37,819 nt of DNA from a virus. Its lineage: Duplodnaviria > Caudoviricetes. The notes below the pieces were generated by a model. The model searched no databases. It had not been told where the DNA came from and was given only the letters and a program-made list of their open reading frames with translations. The translations under genes were made by a program, and so were the position numbers. The first letter of the stretch is position 1; each line of letters starts with the position of its first letter. This document shows positions 9,181 to 17,498 of this stretch, one piece after another. The DNA is taken from positions 1 to 37,819 of the IMG/VR virus record IMGVR_UViG_3300001380_000066; one strand, 5' to 3'.

Positions 9181-9470
9181 AATACAATACTCCCAATACT
9201 TGCGTTAAATGTTTGATATATTTGTGTAATTGTACCAATAGTGCCAATTTGCATAGTTTCCAACTCTTGGGCTTTTCTAAATACTACCTCATTGCATCTA
9301 CCGCATCTAATTGTGAAATTCTCTCCTGATACTACTGTAGTTTCGTGTTCCCCAGTCCATGTCTTTCGTGAGCGTCTTATAATCACCTCACCTGTAGGGA
9401 GAAGTTCGGCTAAGGATTGAGGTACACCGTCTTGGTATTCACACGATGGACATTTAAGGATCGATTTCAT
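9177..9470 (-). CDS. Com-like Cys4 zinc-ribbon protein (candidate regulator)
   Basis: LKCPSC...LAE...TIRCGRCNEV layout as in Mu Com-type fingers. Confidence 0.5.
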   Translation of the reverse strand: MKSILKCPSCEYQDGVPQSLAELLPTGEVIIRRSRKTWTGEHETTVVSGENFTIRCGRCNEVVFRKAQELETMQIGTIGTITQIYQTFNASIGSIVF

Positions 9471-9616
9471 TTCTTTGCCTCATATTCTTTTGAACACACA
9501 CCACACCAGAATATTATACTATCATAGTCTTTTACACCCAAGTCCATTTTTATGCCGTCTTTTACTACATTTAGTACCAGATATGGTTTGTGTACGTGTT
9601 TTTTGGGTTTCTTCAT
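9467..9616 (-). CDS. 49-aa hypothetical protein (HxH...CxxC)
   Basis: MKKPKKHVHKP...WCGVCSKEY; ATGA-coupled to the downstream gene. Confidence 0.55.
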   Translation of the reverse strand: MKKPKKHVHKPYLVLNVVKDGIKMDLGVKDYDSIIFWCGVCSKEYEAKK

Positions 9617-9621
9617 TTTCT

Positions 9622-9876
9622 TCATTTAATGAATGGTAGTGATATGTAAAAATCATAAACCTCTTTAGGAGTTAGTTCGTCACGATATTGTGTGTAATAC
9701 CAAATTTGATGTGTGAGGAAATTGATTCCCTTTTTCAGGTAGAACTTATGGTTAGTGTATTTGCCCCAATCGTTTGAGATTAGTGTTTTTTCAAGACTTT
9801 TAGGTATCTTGAGGGGGGTTACATAATACAATCCTTGGCATTGTTTATGTATGTCTGGTTGTTCAAATTTTATCAT
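9622..9876 (-). CDS. hypothetical protein
   Basis: 84-aa ORF with upstream AAGGA. Confidence 0.55.
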   Translation of the reverse strand: MIKFEQPDIHKQCQGLYYVTPLKIPKSLEKTLISNDWGKYTNHKFYLKKGINFLTHQIWYYTQYRDELTPKEVYDFYISLPFIK

Positions 9877-9883
9877 CTTATCC

Positions 9884-10093
9884 TTAGGGATACACTTGTT
9901 TACCTTTTTCCGTCAGTATGATTGCCTTAGTTGGGCAATTCTCAGCAGCTCGTAAGATAAGCTCATCTTCGTCATATTCACCTGTAAGTTCAGCTTTGGC
10001 CTCGTCGTTTAATTTAAACGTCTTTTCGGCGTGAGCCATGCAAGCCCCATTCCCAATGCACATATTAGGGTCTATTTTGATTTTGTATTTCAT
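9884..10093 (-). CDS. monocluster ferredoxin (probably 3Fe-4S)
   Basis: CIGNGAC...AAENCP; second Cys replaced by Asn. Confidence 0.85.
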   Translation of the reverse strand: MKYKIKIDPNMCIGNGACMAHAEKTFKLNDEAKAELTGEYDEDELILRAAENCPTKAIILTEKGKQVYP

Positions 10094-10695
10094 TTATTTC
10101 TTATGTATTGTTTGCGTGCCTTTTCCAATTTTTCTTGGGTGCCTACATCCCAATATCTTGCACCCATATAAAGATTAATGGGGATATTTTGATCTACTAA
10201 AGATTGTATTAAATCAGGTATATCCATTCCTTGTTTTATATAATTGAATATTACTTTATCAAAAATATATGTCCCACCCGAGTGAATTGCGGTTTTTTTT
10301 GTAAATACTGTAGCGATGTTTTTGTTGATTAGATGGAATTCGATAAACTCAGAATAATTTAAGTCGGTTAAAGTATCACCGTTAACAACCATAAACGGGT
10401 CTTCTAAAAGATTTGATATCTGTTTAAGATACGAGGCAGTCTTGAAATACTTGTGGGCGTTTATGAATCTGATGTTTGAATCGTCACCTGCTGCCTTTTT
10501 GACCTGATCTGCCTTGTAATATGTGATTACCAGAATATGATCAAACCCCACTTCAAGTAATCGGTCTACAATGTGACGAATTACAGGTTTTGTGCCTACC
10601 ATAACTGCAGGCTTAGGGATAGTATCTGTTAATGGGCGAAGTCGGTTTCCCCTACCTCCGCATAAGCATATTACGTTAATTGGGATCGCCTCCAC
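10090..10695 (-). CDS. hddC: sugar-1-phosphate nucleotidyltransferase, HddC-like
   Basis: LCGGRGNRLRPLTDTIPKP, VVNGDT and YWDVGT motifs; clustered with gmhA and hddA. Confidence 0.75.
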   Translation of the reverse strand: MEAIPINVICLCGGRGNRLRPLTDTIPKPAVMVGTKPVIRHIVDRLLEVGFDHILVITYYKADQVKKAAGDDSNIRFINAHKYFKTASYLKQISNLLEDPFMVVNGDTLTDLNYSEFIEFHLINKNIATVFTKKTAIHSGGTYIFDKVIFNYIKQGMDIPDLIQSLVDQNIPINLYMGARYWDVGTQEKLEKARKQYIRNK

Positions 10696-11123
10696 TCGTT
10701 ATCAAATATTCTATGACAACTTACACATAAACTAATCCAATCATTTAAGTCTCGTTGATAAGTATGGCTTATATTTGCCCATTGAATACTTTTAGAAGTT
10801 GTTTTTTCTTTCCAACAAAATTCACATTTAATGGGTTTTCCTTTATGTCTTTCAACCCAATAATGTAAACCTCTATAACTAACAAGATCTCCTTTCCATA
10901 ATAATTTTTGTTCTCCTCTCAATGTTTTTCGACCCAAATACCCACATTTTTTACTACAAAATTTAGTTTTATCAAATCTAGCTAAATTAACAGTAAAAAC
11001 AATGTTACAAATCAAACAAACCTTATTTAATCTATTTTTGTTTGAAGGAATATGGCCCTTTTTAAACTCACTATTAAGAGAAGAGTGTACACCTTTGATA
11101 AAACGCCCTTTTGAATCTCTCAT
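10671..11123 (-). CDS. HNH-like homing endonuclease with NUMOD-type N-terminus
   Basis: RDSKGRF, FKKGH, CSKKC, LHYWV...CEFC...WANISH...LCVSCH. Confidence 0.75.
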   Translation of the reverse strand: MRDSKGRFIKGVHSSLNSEFKKGHIPSNKNRLNKVCLICNIVFTVNLARFDKTKFCSKKCGYLGRKTLRGEQKLLWKGDLVSYRGLHYWVERHKGKPIKCEFCWKEKTTSKSIQWANISHTYQRDLNDWISLCVSCHRIFDNEWRRSQLT

Positions 11124-12085
11124 TTAGGTAAAATACGAGTTTCAACTCCTCCGGCACTTAGCTGAAAATCCCACCAATATAATCCCTCTTTTGACATAAT
11201 GTCTATAAACTTGTCTCGCCTTGTAGGATGTACTATAAAAAACATGTACCCTCCTTGCCCTGCTCCACAGATTTTTCCTCCATAAGCGCCATTTTTTTGT
11301 GCAATCTCATAAATCCTATCAATCTCGGGTGTAGTTGCATCTTTATTGCTAGATTTTTTGTATCTCCATGATTTATCAAGTAAATTGCCTACTTTTTCAA
11401 TATCCCCTTTGCCAATAGGGTCAATAGCATCCAATGCTAGTTGTTTAATCTGTATTAGATTATATATTTGCTCATTAGTTAATTTTTTAAGGTTATCTTG
11501 AACTTTTGTTTTACGTTCTATCCCTGTTGAAAATAGAACGATTGATGGTAAAAGTTTATCCAAATAATCCCCTTTAAGGGGAAGGATGTTGATTGCCTCT
11601 TTGGTGAATTCAAATACGTTAATCCCTCCATATGCTGCTGCATATTGATCCTGCTTGCCACAGAATTTCTTTAGTTTATTACATTCCACATCCCATGCTT
11701 TTTCTGCAATCCAGCTTTGAGTCGGATGAGGAAAAGTTAAATTTAAACATTTAGCAATCGCTGCTACTATTGCAACCCCAGCAGCCCCCGATCCGCCAAT
11801 TCCCCCACCAATGAGACCATCATAGGAAGCCTTAAACTTTGTATGATGCATGGAATTGACACCATATTCGTCAAGGAATTTGTAAACAAAGTCCAAACTA
11901 CCACCTATAGGGACAGTGTTATCAATTATTTGGAAGAGGTCATCATCTGTAAACATCTCAAACGTAGCGTAGATATTAATAGCCATTGATATCACAAGCC
12001 CTCCGTGATCGTTGTAAAATTCAGGGATATCAGTCGCAGATCCAAAAAGTGACAGACGTGAAGGTGCTGTAGCTTGAATAATCAC
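11120..12085 (-). CDS. hddA: GHMP kinase, D-glycero-alpha-D-manno-heptose-7-phosphate kinase-like
   Basis: APSRLSLFGSATD, GGGIGGSG, GKQDQYAAAYGG and GGKICGAGQGG motifs; GTG at 12085 overlaps the gmhA stop. Confidence 0.85.
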   Translation of the reverse strand: MIIQATAPSRLSLFGSATDIPEFYNDHGGLVISMAINIYATFEMFTDDDLFQIIDNTVPIGGSLDFVYKFLDEYGVNSMHHTKFKASYDGLIGGGIGGSGAAGVAIVAAIAKCLNLTFPHPTQSWIAEKAWDVECNKLKKFCGKQDQYAAAYGGINVFEFTKEAINILPLKGDYLDKLLPSIVLFSTGIERKTKVQDNLKKLTNEQIYNLIQIKQLALDAIDPIGKGDIEKVGNLLDKSWRYKKSSNKDATTPEIDRIYEIAQKNGAYGGKICGAGQGGYMFFIVHPTRRDKFIDIMSKEGLYWWDFQLSAGGVETRILPK

Positions 12086-12534
12086 TCTAAAAACGCCCTT
12101 TCTACTTTTGCACAAATTAAATGGATTAGATGTAATTGGTATTCTTGAACCTGTGGAGTATCCTTCCCCTTACGTGGCATATCAATAACTTCCATACCCA
12201 AATCTTTAGCAACATAAGAGGCGAGCATAAGGTTTGGTGATCTGCCGGAAGTTGAAAGAGTGATAAGCAAATCGCCTTTTAAGCCTAATGATTCTATCTG
12301 TCTGGCGAATACATAATCGAAAGACCAATCATTTCCGATTCCTGTCATGGCCGAAGCGTCAGTCGTAAGGCTCATGGCGGGGAGAGCTTTACGGTAAAAT
12401 TTATATTTACCTGATAATTCCGCAGCAAAATGAGAGCTTTCGGCCGCATGTCCGCCATTTCCACATATCATTAGCTTATTGCCACGTTTAAAACACTTAA
12501 TAATCTGTTTGGATATTTCCTGTGCCGGTGACAC
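12082..12534 (-). CDS. gmhA: sedoheptulose-7-phosphate isomerase (SIS domain)
   Basis: CGNGG...HFAAEL, TGIGND, VFARQ, LSTSGRSPN and QE....H motifs. Confidence 0.92.
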   Translation of the reverse strand: MSPAQEISKQIIKCFKRGNKLMICGNGGHAAESSHFAAELSGKYKFYRKALPAMSLTTDASAMTGIGNDWSFDYVFARQIESLGLKGDLLITLSTSGRSPNLMLASYVAKDLGMEVIDMPRKGKDTPQVQEYQLHLIHLICAKVERAFLE

Positions 12535-12582
12535 AATATATTATTTGCACACTATGGGGAAAATTGGAAGAAGGGAAAAACA

Positions 12583-12617
12583 AGAGAGCGGTCACTCCTG
12601 CCCAGAAACCGCTCTCT
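12583..12617 (-). terminator. intrinsic terminator-like hairpin
   Basis: AGAGAGCGGT/ACCGCTCTCT 10-bp stem followed by TGTTTTT on the minus strand. Confidence 0.65.
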
Positions 12618-12633
12618 ATCTAACACCTCACTA

Positions 12634-13329
12634 TTAAGGGTCTATTATATTAGACCTGGCATTACATCCGTTATTTCTCTCCGCTATTATCTGAAACCAC
12701 ACGTGTCTACTATCTACTCCATTAACCTCTACCTCACTACTAGTACTTGGCAAATTAGGTATACCATATACTAATGAATCAGGACTATATCCGTAAATAA
12801 GACTGTAGTTATCTACACTATCGGTAGATCTAATCCATTGTAAAAGTACAGTATCACTATCAACTCTTTCACCACCTAGAGCTATTGCTGGTTTGAAACT
12901 ATCTCCATTAGGACATTGTTTGGGAGCATAGTTTGTATTCTCCGTTGTTGACGGCTCGCTGAACGGTGTTGAGTATACCGTTGGTACGGTTGGTTCAGGC
13001 GATGGCGTCGGACTTGGCTCACATCCTTCTTCAGTCTGTTCACATGGAACAGGAGATGGTTCAGGAGACGGACTTGGCTCAACACTAGGACTAGGACTCA
13101 CTTCAGGTGAGGGACTAGGACTTGGCGATGGACTTGCACACGGCCCAATACTATCCCCATGCCCCAAATGTCCTCCTAATGCCGAGAAATCTATTGATAG
13201 TGTTTGATCGGGATTACTCGGTACGTGACATATAGTTACATGGAATCCATGTGCTTGTACGTTTCCTACCATGAAGAATCCGCCTATTAAGATAAAAAGT
13301 CCAAAGATTACGCTTAAATATTTAGTCAT
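12634..13329 (-). CDS. secreted protein: signal peptide, VTICH...HGD..GPC domain, (SP)n linker, FN3-like C-terminus
   Basis: signal ending VQA, SPSPSP repeats, VLLQW...YSLIYG...WFQIIA. Confidence 0.75.
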   Translation of the reverse strand: MTKYLSVIFGLFILIGGFFMVGNVQAHGFHVTICHVPSNPDQTLSIDFSALGGHLGHGDSIGPCASPSPSPSPSPEVSPSPSVEPSPSPEPSPVPCEQTEEGCEPSPTPSPEPTVPTVYSTPFSEPSTTENTNYAPKQCPNGDSFKPAIALGGERVDSDTVLLQWIRSTDSVDNYSLIYGYSPDSLVYGIPNLPSTSSEVEVNGVDSRHVWFQIIAERNNGCNARSNIIDP

Positions 13330-13510
13330 TTATATCACCACCTTTCCTTATAATTATTGTATTTTCTTTACATTTACGACATTCTAAGATCGCATACCAT
13401 TCTTTATTTTCTATGGTCATCCATTTATGCTTACAAACCTTATAACCAGTTTGTCCTAAAAAGGCACTTAGACCCTTTTGATATTGTATTTCTGCAGTTT
13501 TACTTTTCAT
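13322..13510 (-). CDS. small zinc-finger-like protein
   Basis: CKHKW...CRKC. Confidence 0.55.
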   Translation of the reverse strand: MKSKTAEIQYQKGLSAFLGQTGYKVCKHKWMTIENKEWYAILECRKCKENTIIIRKGGDIND

Positions 13511-13580
13511 GTATCCAAAGATATATACACATCATCGGCCAAACTATAAAAAGAAATAATATACTAGAGAGAAATTTCAT
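13500..13580 (-). CDS. 26-aa hydrophobic peptide
   Basis: MKFLSSILFLFIVWPMMCIYLWIHEK; ATGA-coupled and fills the intergenic gap. Confidence 0.45.
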   Translation of the reverse strand: MKFLSSILFLFIVWPMMCIYLWIHEK

Positions 13581-13783
13581 TTAAGTTTCTCCATATCCTT
13601 AAAAAGCTTTAGGGCTTTTTGTAGTTTCTTATGTAATCTATTTTCATAAAAAACTGTCTCTCCCCAATAAGAGGCGGTACGTTCTATTAAATATGCGACT
13701 TCTTTGTGGGTTAAATTTACATAACATTTATTCTTACCACCCCACATGATGTCATAGTCTGTTTTATCTATAAGAGCTGTCAT
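13577..13783 (-). CDS. hypothetical protein
   Basis: 68-aa ORF, ATGA-coupled, GGGAGG upstream. Confidence 0.6.
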   Translation of the reverse strand: MTALIDKTDYDIMWGGKNKCYVNLTHKEVAYLIERTASYWGETVFYENRLHKKLQKALKLFKDMEKLK

Positions 13784-14163
13784 TTCTTCCTCCCAGAGGT
13801 TTGCTTTTTGGCTTTATTTTTGATCGGATATGCAAAGTCTATCCCCATAACATACTTTTTCTTATATTTTGTATCTCTTGTTAAATTTTCAACTTGTCCC
13901 ATATCGTAATACCACTTATTTTTATAACAAAATGTTTTAACTTTATCTAATCCTTTAGAAAATTTATTCTTCTCTTCTTTTCTCCCTCGTTCGTAACTCT
14001 CCTGGCTCACTGTTTGGGTAAAAATTACAACCAAATCAGTTAACCATATAGGCGATTTATAGCTTGAGTTTCCCACCTTTTGCCAAAACTTCTCAAACTT
14101 TTCTTCTAATTCAATTCCCCACTTCTCCTTTAGTCTGGAAGACTGTGGTGGGGTAGGTTTCAT
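13780..14163 (-). CDS. hypothetical protein
   Basis: 127-aa ORF, ATGA-coupled. Confidence 0.6.
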   Translation of the reverse strand: MKPTPPQSSRLKEKWGIELEEKFEKFWQKVGNSSYKSPIWLTDLVVIFTQTVSQESYERGRKEEKNKFSKGLDKVKTFCYKNKWYYDMGQVENLTRDTKYKKKYVMGIDFAYPIKNKAKKQTSGRKK

Positions 14164-14498
14164 GTTAATTTATCCTTAATTAATTCTTCCATATCGTTTG
14201 CAAAATCTTCTAACATATTTATCATTGTCATATTTCGATAATCGGCATACTGTTTGAGTTTTTTGAGCGTGTTTGGTTTAACCATTATTGTTGCGTATTT
14301 ATGCTTATACTTCTCTTTTAATATAGAATCAGTGCCACTTACATATCTATCGATCTTAAATTTCTCAGGTAATTCAGGCTCTGGGATTTTTATAGACCAA
14401 TGGATAGCACTTTCTTCTGTGTAGTTACACACATCACAGCTTTTTGGAAAAGCTTTACTTTTTCTAAATTTATGTGGTTTATCTTTTTTACTTTTCAT
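14160..14498 (-). CDS. protein with C-terminal ribbon-helix-helix-like domain
   Basis: YATIMVKPNTLKKLKQYA...MTMINML. Confidence 0.5.
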   Translation of the reverse strand: MKSKKDKPHKFRKSKAFPKSCDVCNYTEESAIHWSIKIPEPELPEKFKIDRYVSGTDSILKEKYKHKYATIMVKPNTLKKLKQYADYRNMTMINMLEDFANDMEELIKDKLT

Positions 14499-14562
14499 TT
14501 ATCTATCCAGATTGCAAGTATAACCAGAACAATCATTATTGCTAAAGAGAGATATAAAGTTG

Positions 14563-14727
14563 TCATTTATACCTCTTCAATATTTGTGCTAATTCCACTA
14601 AAGACATTTTGGAAAGTTTTGTTAATGTAATCTTTAAAACTTCCTTCACTTGGGCTATTGATAGATTCAGCTTCTTGCCCTCTAGCAAGGTTATTTCTTT
14701 GGCTAAGGAATTCAAGTTTGGCTTCAT
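14563..14727 (-). CDS. small basic protein with HU-like N-terminal helices
   Basis: MKPNLNSLAKEITLLEGKKLNLSIAQVKEVL; AAGGAGG before ATG 14727. Confidence 0.55.
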   Translation of the reverse strand: MKPNLNSLAKEITLLEGKKLNLSIAQVKEVLKITLTKLSKMSLVELAQILKRYK

Positions 14728-14908
14728 GCTCCTCCTTCCTACAGGTAATACAGTAATCACCGTAGACATCCTTGTAGAGAAAGATATTGTGTTTTTTGCA
14801 AGTGTTCCATGCTTTTGTTTGTTTACCTTCTATAAATCCTAAGTAATATCCCATTAATGTGCCAAAGAAAATAGCACTTAGTAAGAACATTTCAGGCAGC
14901 TCAATCAT
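14567..14908 (-). CDS. membrane-anchored protein with CxxH...CxxC; 3' half overlaps the next gene
   Basis: N-terminal hydrophobic helix, CKKH...CITC. Confidence 0.45.
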   Translation of the reverse strand: MIELPEMFLLSAIFFGTLMGYYLGFIEGKQTKAWNTCKKHNIFLYKDVYGDYCITCRKEEHEAKLEFLSQRNNLARGQEAESINSPSEGSFKDYINKTFQNVFSGISTNIEEV

Positions 14909-14914
14909 GTTTAC

Positions 14915-15487
14915 TTAGTTATCTAGCTTTGCCAGATATGCACCATTAGAAAATGTGGCCTTGAAACCAAATGTATCAGTTTGTTTATGACAATCTAAGC
15001 AAAGTGTACGCCCATTATTTAACTCAAAACGTAGTTTAGGAAATTTAGACCATGCTTTAATATGGTCAGCATTTAGAATAACTTTTTTACCATTACCACT
15101 TCTAGTGTTACATTCTTGGCAAGTCCAATTATCACGTTTAAATACTTGCTCACGCCAAATTGTATATTGGACTGAATTTCTATGTCCTCTATTTTCATCC
15201 GTTAACCCCCCTCGCCAAAATCTTGAATTAGAACCTTTAAGAGATTCTGCCCATTTAATTCGTCTTTCGTCAGACCATTTATAATTACCAAAAGGACGAG
15301 GTCCCGCTATCTTAGCTCTAACTTCTAATCTCCAAACAGGATTATCATGTAAGTTCCTATATCTTGTGCTACAAGAGTGAGAACAATATTTACGAGTAGG
15401 TTTATTCATTCCTCCATAATTCGCCACAATATCTCCTTTACATTGCTGGCAAGTCCCTATAACTTTTGGATATATTTTATGTGACAT
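14915..15487 (-). CDS. HNH endonuclease
   Basis: VFKRDNWTCQEC...ADHIK...NNGRTLCLDCH. Confidence 0.9.
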   Translation of the reverse strand: MSHKIYPKVIGTCQQCKGDIVANYGGMNKPTRKYCSHSCSTRYRNLHDNPVWRLEVRAKIAGPRPFGNYKWSDERRIKWAESLKGSNSRFWRGGLTDENRGHRNSVQYTIWREQVFKRDNWTCQECNTRSGNGKKVILNADHIKAWSKFPKLRFELNNGRTLCLDCHKQTDTFGFKATFSNGAYLAKLDN

Positions 15488-16087
15488 TTATAAATGGCTA
15501 AGATATGCGTCTGTTTGATAAACTACCCAAGGACTAAATGAGCCTTGTTGATTGCCTTCTGTACCATCTGCTCTGTCCCATATTTTGTAGGCACACATGA
15601 TGTTTTTAAGTTCGTCTACTATTTCTTTTAAGGAACACCCTTCTAGTTTCCAATTGACAGAATTTATTTGAGCTAGGCCATAATCAAGCGTTGCGTTATC
15701 GTTATAGTGCCATTTAGTATTATCCCACCCTGATTCCGCTTGGAATACCGCAATCATTGTAAGACAGTGGAATTCCCCCCATACCTTACAGGCATACTTT
15801 TTAACATCAGTATCTACTTGATCAGGTGTAGCAGGTTCAATCACCTTCTCAATTACTTTCGGTTCTTCCTTCTCCTTAATCTCCAAAGGCCAGTTCCAGT
15901 CCCATGAGAAGATGCGTTGCTTTTCTATGGTGTGGGTGTTTATCCAGTTGATTGACTTCATAAACCCGAACCAGCCTAAGACTATTAAGACGATGGTAAG
16001 TAGAATCCAGTTCCACGTGGCGTAGTGGGTTTTTTCTTGGTGACGCTTGATTATTTGTCTTGCTTGTTCTTTTGGTAGTTCTTTCAT
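15488..16087 (-). CDS. membrane-anchored SLT/lysozyme-like transglycosylase
   Basis: TM helix, AESG catalytic Glu motif, DYGLAQIN, FSPW. Confidence 0.75.
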   Translation of the reverse strand: MKELPKEQARQIIKRHQEKTHYATWNWILLTIVLIVLGWFGFMKSINWINTHTIEKQRIFSWDWNWPLEIKEKEEPKVIEKVIEPATPDQVDTDVKKYACKVWGEFHCLTMIAVFQAESGWDNTKWHYNDNATLDYGLAQINSVNWKLEGCSLKEIVDELKNIMCAYKIWDRADGTEGNQQGSFSPWVVYQTDAYLSHL

Positions 16088-16185
16088 ATTAGATAATCCA
16101 TTAATCTAAAAAATAAATTCATAATCCCTAGCATGATGACAATGCCTATAACAAATATTATTAAATCTTCAATTAGTTCTTTCAT
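16084..16185 (-). CDS. 33-aa single-TM peptide
   Basis: MKELIEDLIIFVIGIVIMLGIMNLFFRLMDYLI; ATGA-coupled at both ends. Confidence 0.55.
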   Translation of the reverse strand: MKELIEDLIIFVIGIVIMLGIMNLFFRLMDYLI

Positions 16186-16403
16186 ACCAGACATTTATAC
16201 GCCCTTGGATGGTTAGATCGTTTTTCTATATATCCGGCTTCTATTAAGTGCATAACACGTTCCCATGCTGACGCTTGGTTGATGTGGAAACTTTCGGCAA
16301 TTTCCACTAAGGACGGTGCAAAGCCATGATTTTTGATATGAGCTTTGATGAAGTCATAGGTTTCCTTTTGTTTTGGTGTGATGGCTTCCATGTTATTTAT
16401 CAA
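16182..16403 (-). CDS. LexA-type winged-HTH DNA-binding protein without peptidase domain
   Basis: ITPKQKETYDFI...GFAPSLVEIA...LIEAGYIEK...PRA; start may be ATG 16391. Confidence 0.85.
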   Translation of the reverse strand: MINNMEAITPKQKETYDFIKAHIKNHGFAPSLVEIAESFHINQASAWERVMHLIEAGYIEKRSNHPRAYKCLV

Positions 16404-16761
16404 GGTCTTTTTGGAACCAGTTAGTCATAAATCTTACTTTTTCGGCCAGGTCTAGTTTTGAATCGGTGGCCGGAGGATCATATTTGTATTTTAATTCCAT
16501 GAATCTTATAGCCATTTCTTGCCCATGCATTCGTTCTATTCGATAAGACCTATTGTCTTCCCTTGAGTAGACTTCGTTTCTATTTGTTTCGATGATTGAT
16601 TGATCTATGGCATCGTCGGGGGTTAAGGGGACTTGTGGGGGCTTTTCCTTGCAATCCTTAACAGGACACGCTTTAAAGGCAGGATAGGCTTGTCCCGTGC
16701 GCTTAGATATGCCAGCGGGGATTTCTTTCCAGTCTATACCATGTACGGGGCATTGATTCAT
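16393..16761 (-). CDS. zinc-ribbon protein
   Basis: CPVHG...GISKRTGQAYPAFKACPVKDC. Confidence 0.6.
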   Translation of the reverse strand: MNQCPVHGIDWKEIPAGISKRTGQAYPAFKACPVKDCKEKPPQVPLTPDDAIDQSIIETNRNEVYSREDNRSYRIERMHGQEMAIRFMELKYKYDPPATDSKLDLAEKVRFMTNWFQKDLDK

Positions 16762-16991
16762 GCTTTATCACCTTTCAACAAACACCTTGCAATAATAAAA
16801 TTGTACTCTCCTACGGATAAATCTATCAGCACATTTTCTTGTCCATGTTCTATTTTTAAACTATTCATAATTAACATTGGTAAATTCTTATATTCAGGTT
16901 TATCAATAATTCTCTTTATCTCTTTTTGCATTTGCTTTTCCAGTTTTTTATCACGAATCCCTAAATCACTAAACTTTAATCCATTTTTCAT
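16758..16991 (-). CDS. hypothetical protein
   Basis: 77-aa ORF, ATGA-coupled. Confidence 0.6.
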   Translation of the reverse strand: MKNGLKFSDLGIRDKKLEKQMQKEIKRIIDKPEYKNLPMLIMNSLKIEHGQENVLIDLSVGEYNFIIARCLLKGDKA

Positions 16992-17209
16992 TTTTTATTC
17001 CTTATAAGAATCATAGATTCACGTATCTCTCCGTGTTCGCCGCATTCTGCCTTAATGTAGCCGCTGGTGTCTGTGTTGGCAGCAGACAATTGATTAAGGC
17101 AGAACGGGCAGATACCAAGGTATGTTTTTGTCTTGCCTTCATTTCTTCCATCAAAGGTTAAAGGAGATTCGGATATTTGTATCCAGTTTTTTAAATCTTG
17201 TAGCATCAT
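16988..17209 (-). CDS. small zinc-finger protein
   Basis: YLGICPFC...AECGEHG. Confidence 0.55.
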   Translation of the reverse strand: MMLQDLKNWIQISESPLTFDGRNEGKTKTYLGICPFCLNQLSAANTDTSGYIKAECGEHGEIRESMILIRNKK

Positions 17210-17451
17210 TTAAACTTTGTGACTTTTGTTTCTACTTTGAAAGTATCATCGGCCAGAGCATCCATTGTACGTTTGACCCCCGAATTTACCCTATCCATCA
17301 TGTTTAAAATTAAAGACGGGTGGGCGGCTATGATGACATTTAAGAGGTGTTCGTCACCAAGTCCGGCCCTACGCCAGTTCTTGATGGCAGATATCATGCC
17401 GACTTCGGCTTGTTCTTCGTCTAGTTTTTGTGTAACCCAATCATTTGCCAT
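17206..17451 (-). CDS. hypothetical protein (near-leaderless)
   Basis: ATG 17451 lies 8 nt after a consensus -10. Confidence 0.65.
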   Translation of the reverse strand: MANDWVTQKLDEEQAEVGMISAIKNWRRAGLGDEHLLNVIIAAHPSLILNMMDRVNSGVKRTMDALADDTFKVETKVTKFK

Positions 17452-17459
17452 ATGAGAAT

Positions 17460-17488
17460 AGTATAGCACCCTAATATCCCCCTGTCAA
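17460..17488 (-). promoter_or_regulatory. strong sigma70-type early promoter
   Basis: TTGACA-17-TATACT with TGn extension. Confidence 0.8.
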
Positions 17489-17498
17489 TACCCCAATA

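Noticed and set aside
14495-14566. Possible frameshifted membrane peptide (MTTL / ISLAIMIVLVILAIWIDK)
   Set aside because: Too short to separate from chance or an internal ATG start
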